Source of the DNA: Archaeoglobaceae archaeon
GTDB lineage: Archaea; Halobacteriota; Archaeoglobi; Archaeoglobales; Archaeoglobaceae
Reading direction: 5' to 3'
DNA length: 18,139 bases
Assembly (NCBI GenBank): GCA_038893835.1
Contig: JAWAQR010000023.1
Location: forward strand, 1 to 18,139
The notes under the pieces are model-generated. The model worked only from the letters and a program-made list of their open reading frames with translations, was not told the DNA's origin and ran no database searches. Below are positions 16,238-18,139 of the stretch, piece after piece. Position 1 is the first letter of the stretch. The number at the start of each line of letters is the position of its first letter. The position numbers were made by a program, and so were the translations under genes.

Positions 16238-18139
16238 ATGAAACTCGTCACCTGCGGATTGCCATATGCGAATGGAAAACTCCATATCGGTCACCTTCGA
16301 ACTTATGTCCCAGCAGATGTGTATGTAAGATTTTTAAGGATGATGAACGAAAAAGTCATCTTCATCTGCGGTAGTGATTGCCATGGAACGCCGATAGTTG
16401 TTAATGCTGAAAAGGAAGGAGTGAGTCCAAAAGAGCTCGTTGAAAAATACCACAATCATTTCCTTCAAGTCTTTAGAGAACTTGCAATAGAGTTTGACTT
16501 CTTTGGAAAAACTACAGAAAAATACCACCATGAAAGGACTAGAGAAATAGTAAAGAAATTGATAGAAAATGGATATGTTTACAGCAAAGAAGTGGAACTT
16601 GCTTACTGCGAGAAATGCGATCGCTTTCTGCCGGATAGATATGTGGAAGGGATTTGTCCTTACTGCAAATCTCCTGCTAGAGGAGATGAGTGCGACCAGG
16701 GATGCGGCAGACATTTAGAGCCAGGGGAAATTTTAGAGCCTAGATGCAAGATCTGTGGGAATAGGGCTGTTTTTAGAAAAAGAAAGCATTACTTCTTCAA
16801 GCTAACGGCTTTTCAGGATTTTTTGAAGGATTACCTCTCAAAGCTTTCTGGCACGGAAAATGCGATCAACTATGCGAAGGAGTGGGTGAACAATTTGAGA
16901 GACTGGTGCATAACCAGAGACTTGGAATGGGGTGTAAGATTTCCGCTGGATGAAAATCTCGTCCTTTATGTCTGGGTTGATGCACCCATAGGTTATATAA
17001 GCTTTACAGAGCAATTCACAAAGGACTGGGAAGAAATATGGATAAATGGAAAGGCCGAGATAATTCATTTCATAGGACTTGACATAGCTTATCATCATTG
17101 CATCTTCTGGCCTGCAATGCTAAAAGCTGCAAATTACGCTTTACCATCAGCCATAGTTGCGAGCGGAATGGTGAAAATAGAGGGAAAGACTTTTTCGAAG
17201 AGCAGAGGATATGTTGTTTGGGTTGAGGATGAATATCTGAAAGCGGGATTCAATCCAGATTACTTAAGATATTACATCCTTAACTACACGAGCCATGAAA
17301 AAGACCTGAACTTCTCATGGGACATTTTTAAAGACAAGGTGAACAATGAAGTGATAGCAACTCTTGGTAACTTCATCTTCAGAATTCTGAGCTTTGCTTG
17401 GAGAAATTTTGGAAAAGTAAGGATGGAAGTTGATGGAAAAATACTCGAGAAAATTTCACAAACAATGGATAAAATAGTTGAATCCGTTAAAAAATGGGAG
17501 TTCAAAACGGCAACGGATGCAATAATGGATTTGGCAGGATTTGGAAACACTTATTTCCAGAATTCAAAACCATGGGAGATAATAAAATCTGATAGAAAAG
17601 AAGCTGAAAAGATAATCTCAAACGCCCTTCAGCTGGTTAAGGCTTTGATGATTTTCAGCTACCCGGTTATGCCAAAAAGCATTGAAAAAATAGCTAAATC
17701 GATAGGGCTAAATGTTAGAGAATGCAAAATAGAGGATGCGTTAAAAGTGGATGAAGAGATCACAATTCTAAAACCCGAGATACCTTTTGAAAAAATCGAG
17801 GACAAAGATATAGAGCCGCTAAAAAAGACTTTGCTGGAGAGATTTGAAGAAAAGCCTGAGATTTCGATAGAGGAGTTTAGAAAGCTTGATATAAGGATAG
17901 GAAAAGTGTTGAGTGCTGAGAAAATTGAAAAGAGCAAAAAACTACTAAAACTAATCGTCGACATAGGTGGAGAAAGAAGGCAAATTGTTGCTGGAATAGC
18001 GGAAAACCATAAACCTGAAGACATCATCGGCAAACTAGTAGTGGTTTTAACGAACCTAAAACCCGCAAAGATCATGGGTGTGGAAAGTAGGGGTATGATT
18101 CTGGCAGCGGATGTGGATGGAAAGGCCGTATTGCTCGTT
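16238..18139 (+). CDS. metG: Methionine--tRNA ligase, 3'-truncated by the window
   Basis: Not in the ORF track because there is no stop in the window. MKLVTCGLPYANGKLHIGHLRTY (HIGH), FICGSDCHGTP, Zn knuckles (CEKC, CPYC, C..GC, CKIC), DWCITRD, YVWVDAPIGY, KMSKS-like TFSKS, and a C-terminal OB tRNA-binding domain (ISIEEFRKLDIRIG...GVESRGMILAA). 634 codons from ATG to the window edge. Confidence 0.97.
   Translation, partial: MKLVTCGLPYANGKLHIGHLRTYVPADVYVRFLRMMNEKVIFICGSDCHGTPIVVNAEKEGVSPKELVEKYHNHFLQVFRELAIEFDFFGKTTEKYHHERTREIVKKLIENGYVYSKEVELAYCEKCDRFLPDRYVEGICPYCKSPARGDECDQGCGRHLEPGEILEPRCKICGNRAVFRKRKHYFFKLTAFQDFLKDYLSKLSGTENAINYAKEWVNNLRDWCITRDLEWGVRFPLDENLVLYVWVDAPIGYISFTEQFTKDWEEIWINGKAEIIHFIGLDIAYHHCIFWPAMLKAANYALPSAIVASGMVKIEGKTFSKSRGYVVWVEDEYLKAGFNPDYLRYYILNYTSHEKDLNFSWDIFKDKVNNEVIATLGNFIFRILSFAWRNFGKVRMEVDGKILEKISQTMDKIVESVKKWEFKTATDAIMDLAGFGNTYFQNSKPWEIIKSDRKEAEKIISNALQLVKALMIFSYPVMPKSIEKIAKSIGLNVRECKIEDALKVDEEITILKPEIPFEKIEDKDIEPLKKTLLERFEEKPEISIEEFRKLDIRIGKVLSAEKIEKSKKLLKLIVDIGGERRQIVAGIAENHKPEDIIGKLVVVLTNLKPAKIMGVESRGMILAADVDGKAVLLV

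Noticed and set aside
16096-18075. Track ORFs 16096-16374, 16334-16714, 16838-17098, 17284-17550 and 17659-18075
   Set aside because: Shadow or off-frame ORFs of metG, which the track missed because it has no stop codon in the window.
1-18139. CRISPR arrays, tRNA/rRNA, C/D sRNAs, IS elements, inteins, stop-codon recoding
   Set aside because: Intergenic gaps are short. By eye I saw no spaced repeats, cloverleafs, paired C/D boxes, transposases, in-frame stops or unexplained insertions; a covariance-model search would be needed to exclude small RNAs.

Overview
Archaeal chromosomal DNA, AT-rich. Gene content and protein style point to Euryarchaeota, most likely Archaeoglobales; this is inferred from family resemblance, not from a search. 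The left half (1-9.6 kb) is one co-directional minus-strand run: pelota, MFS transporter, TrmH methyltransferase, GINS, rpl44e, rps27e, site-2 protease, TtuA-type tRNA thiolase, hisI, PINA ATPase, presenilin homologue, and the 5' end of a sequon-rich secreted protein. The plus strand at 9.8-13.9 kb holds a tight four-gene acyl-CoA operon: thiolase, a 4-hydroxybutyryl-CoA dehydratase-like Fe-S flavoenzyme, a MaoC hydratase and an MBL-fold hydrolase. A convergent Ni/Co ECF transporter (M-N fusion, Q, O) follows, then a divergent, 3'-truncated methionyl-tRNA synthetase. The ORF track misses three real genes: the secreted protein, rps27e and metG. I found no CRISPR array, tRNA, rRNA or mobile element. 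The best candidate for an undescribed system is the four-gene operon: its dehydratase keeps all the Fe-S ligands but appears to lack one canonical catalytic Glu. The second candidate is the surface-glycoprotein gene, with a 5'-terminal hairpin, next to a presenilin.
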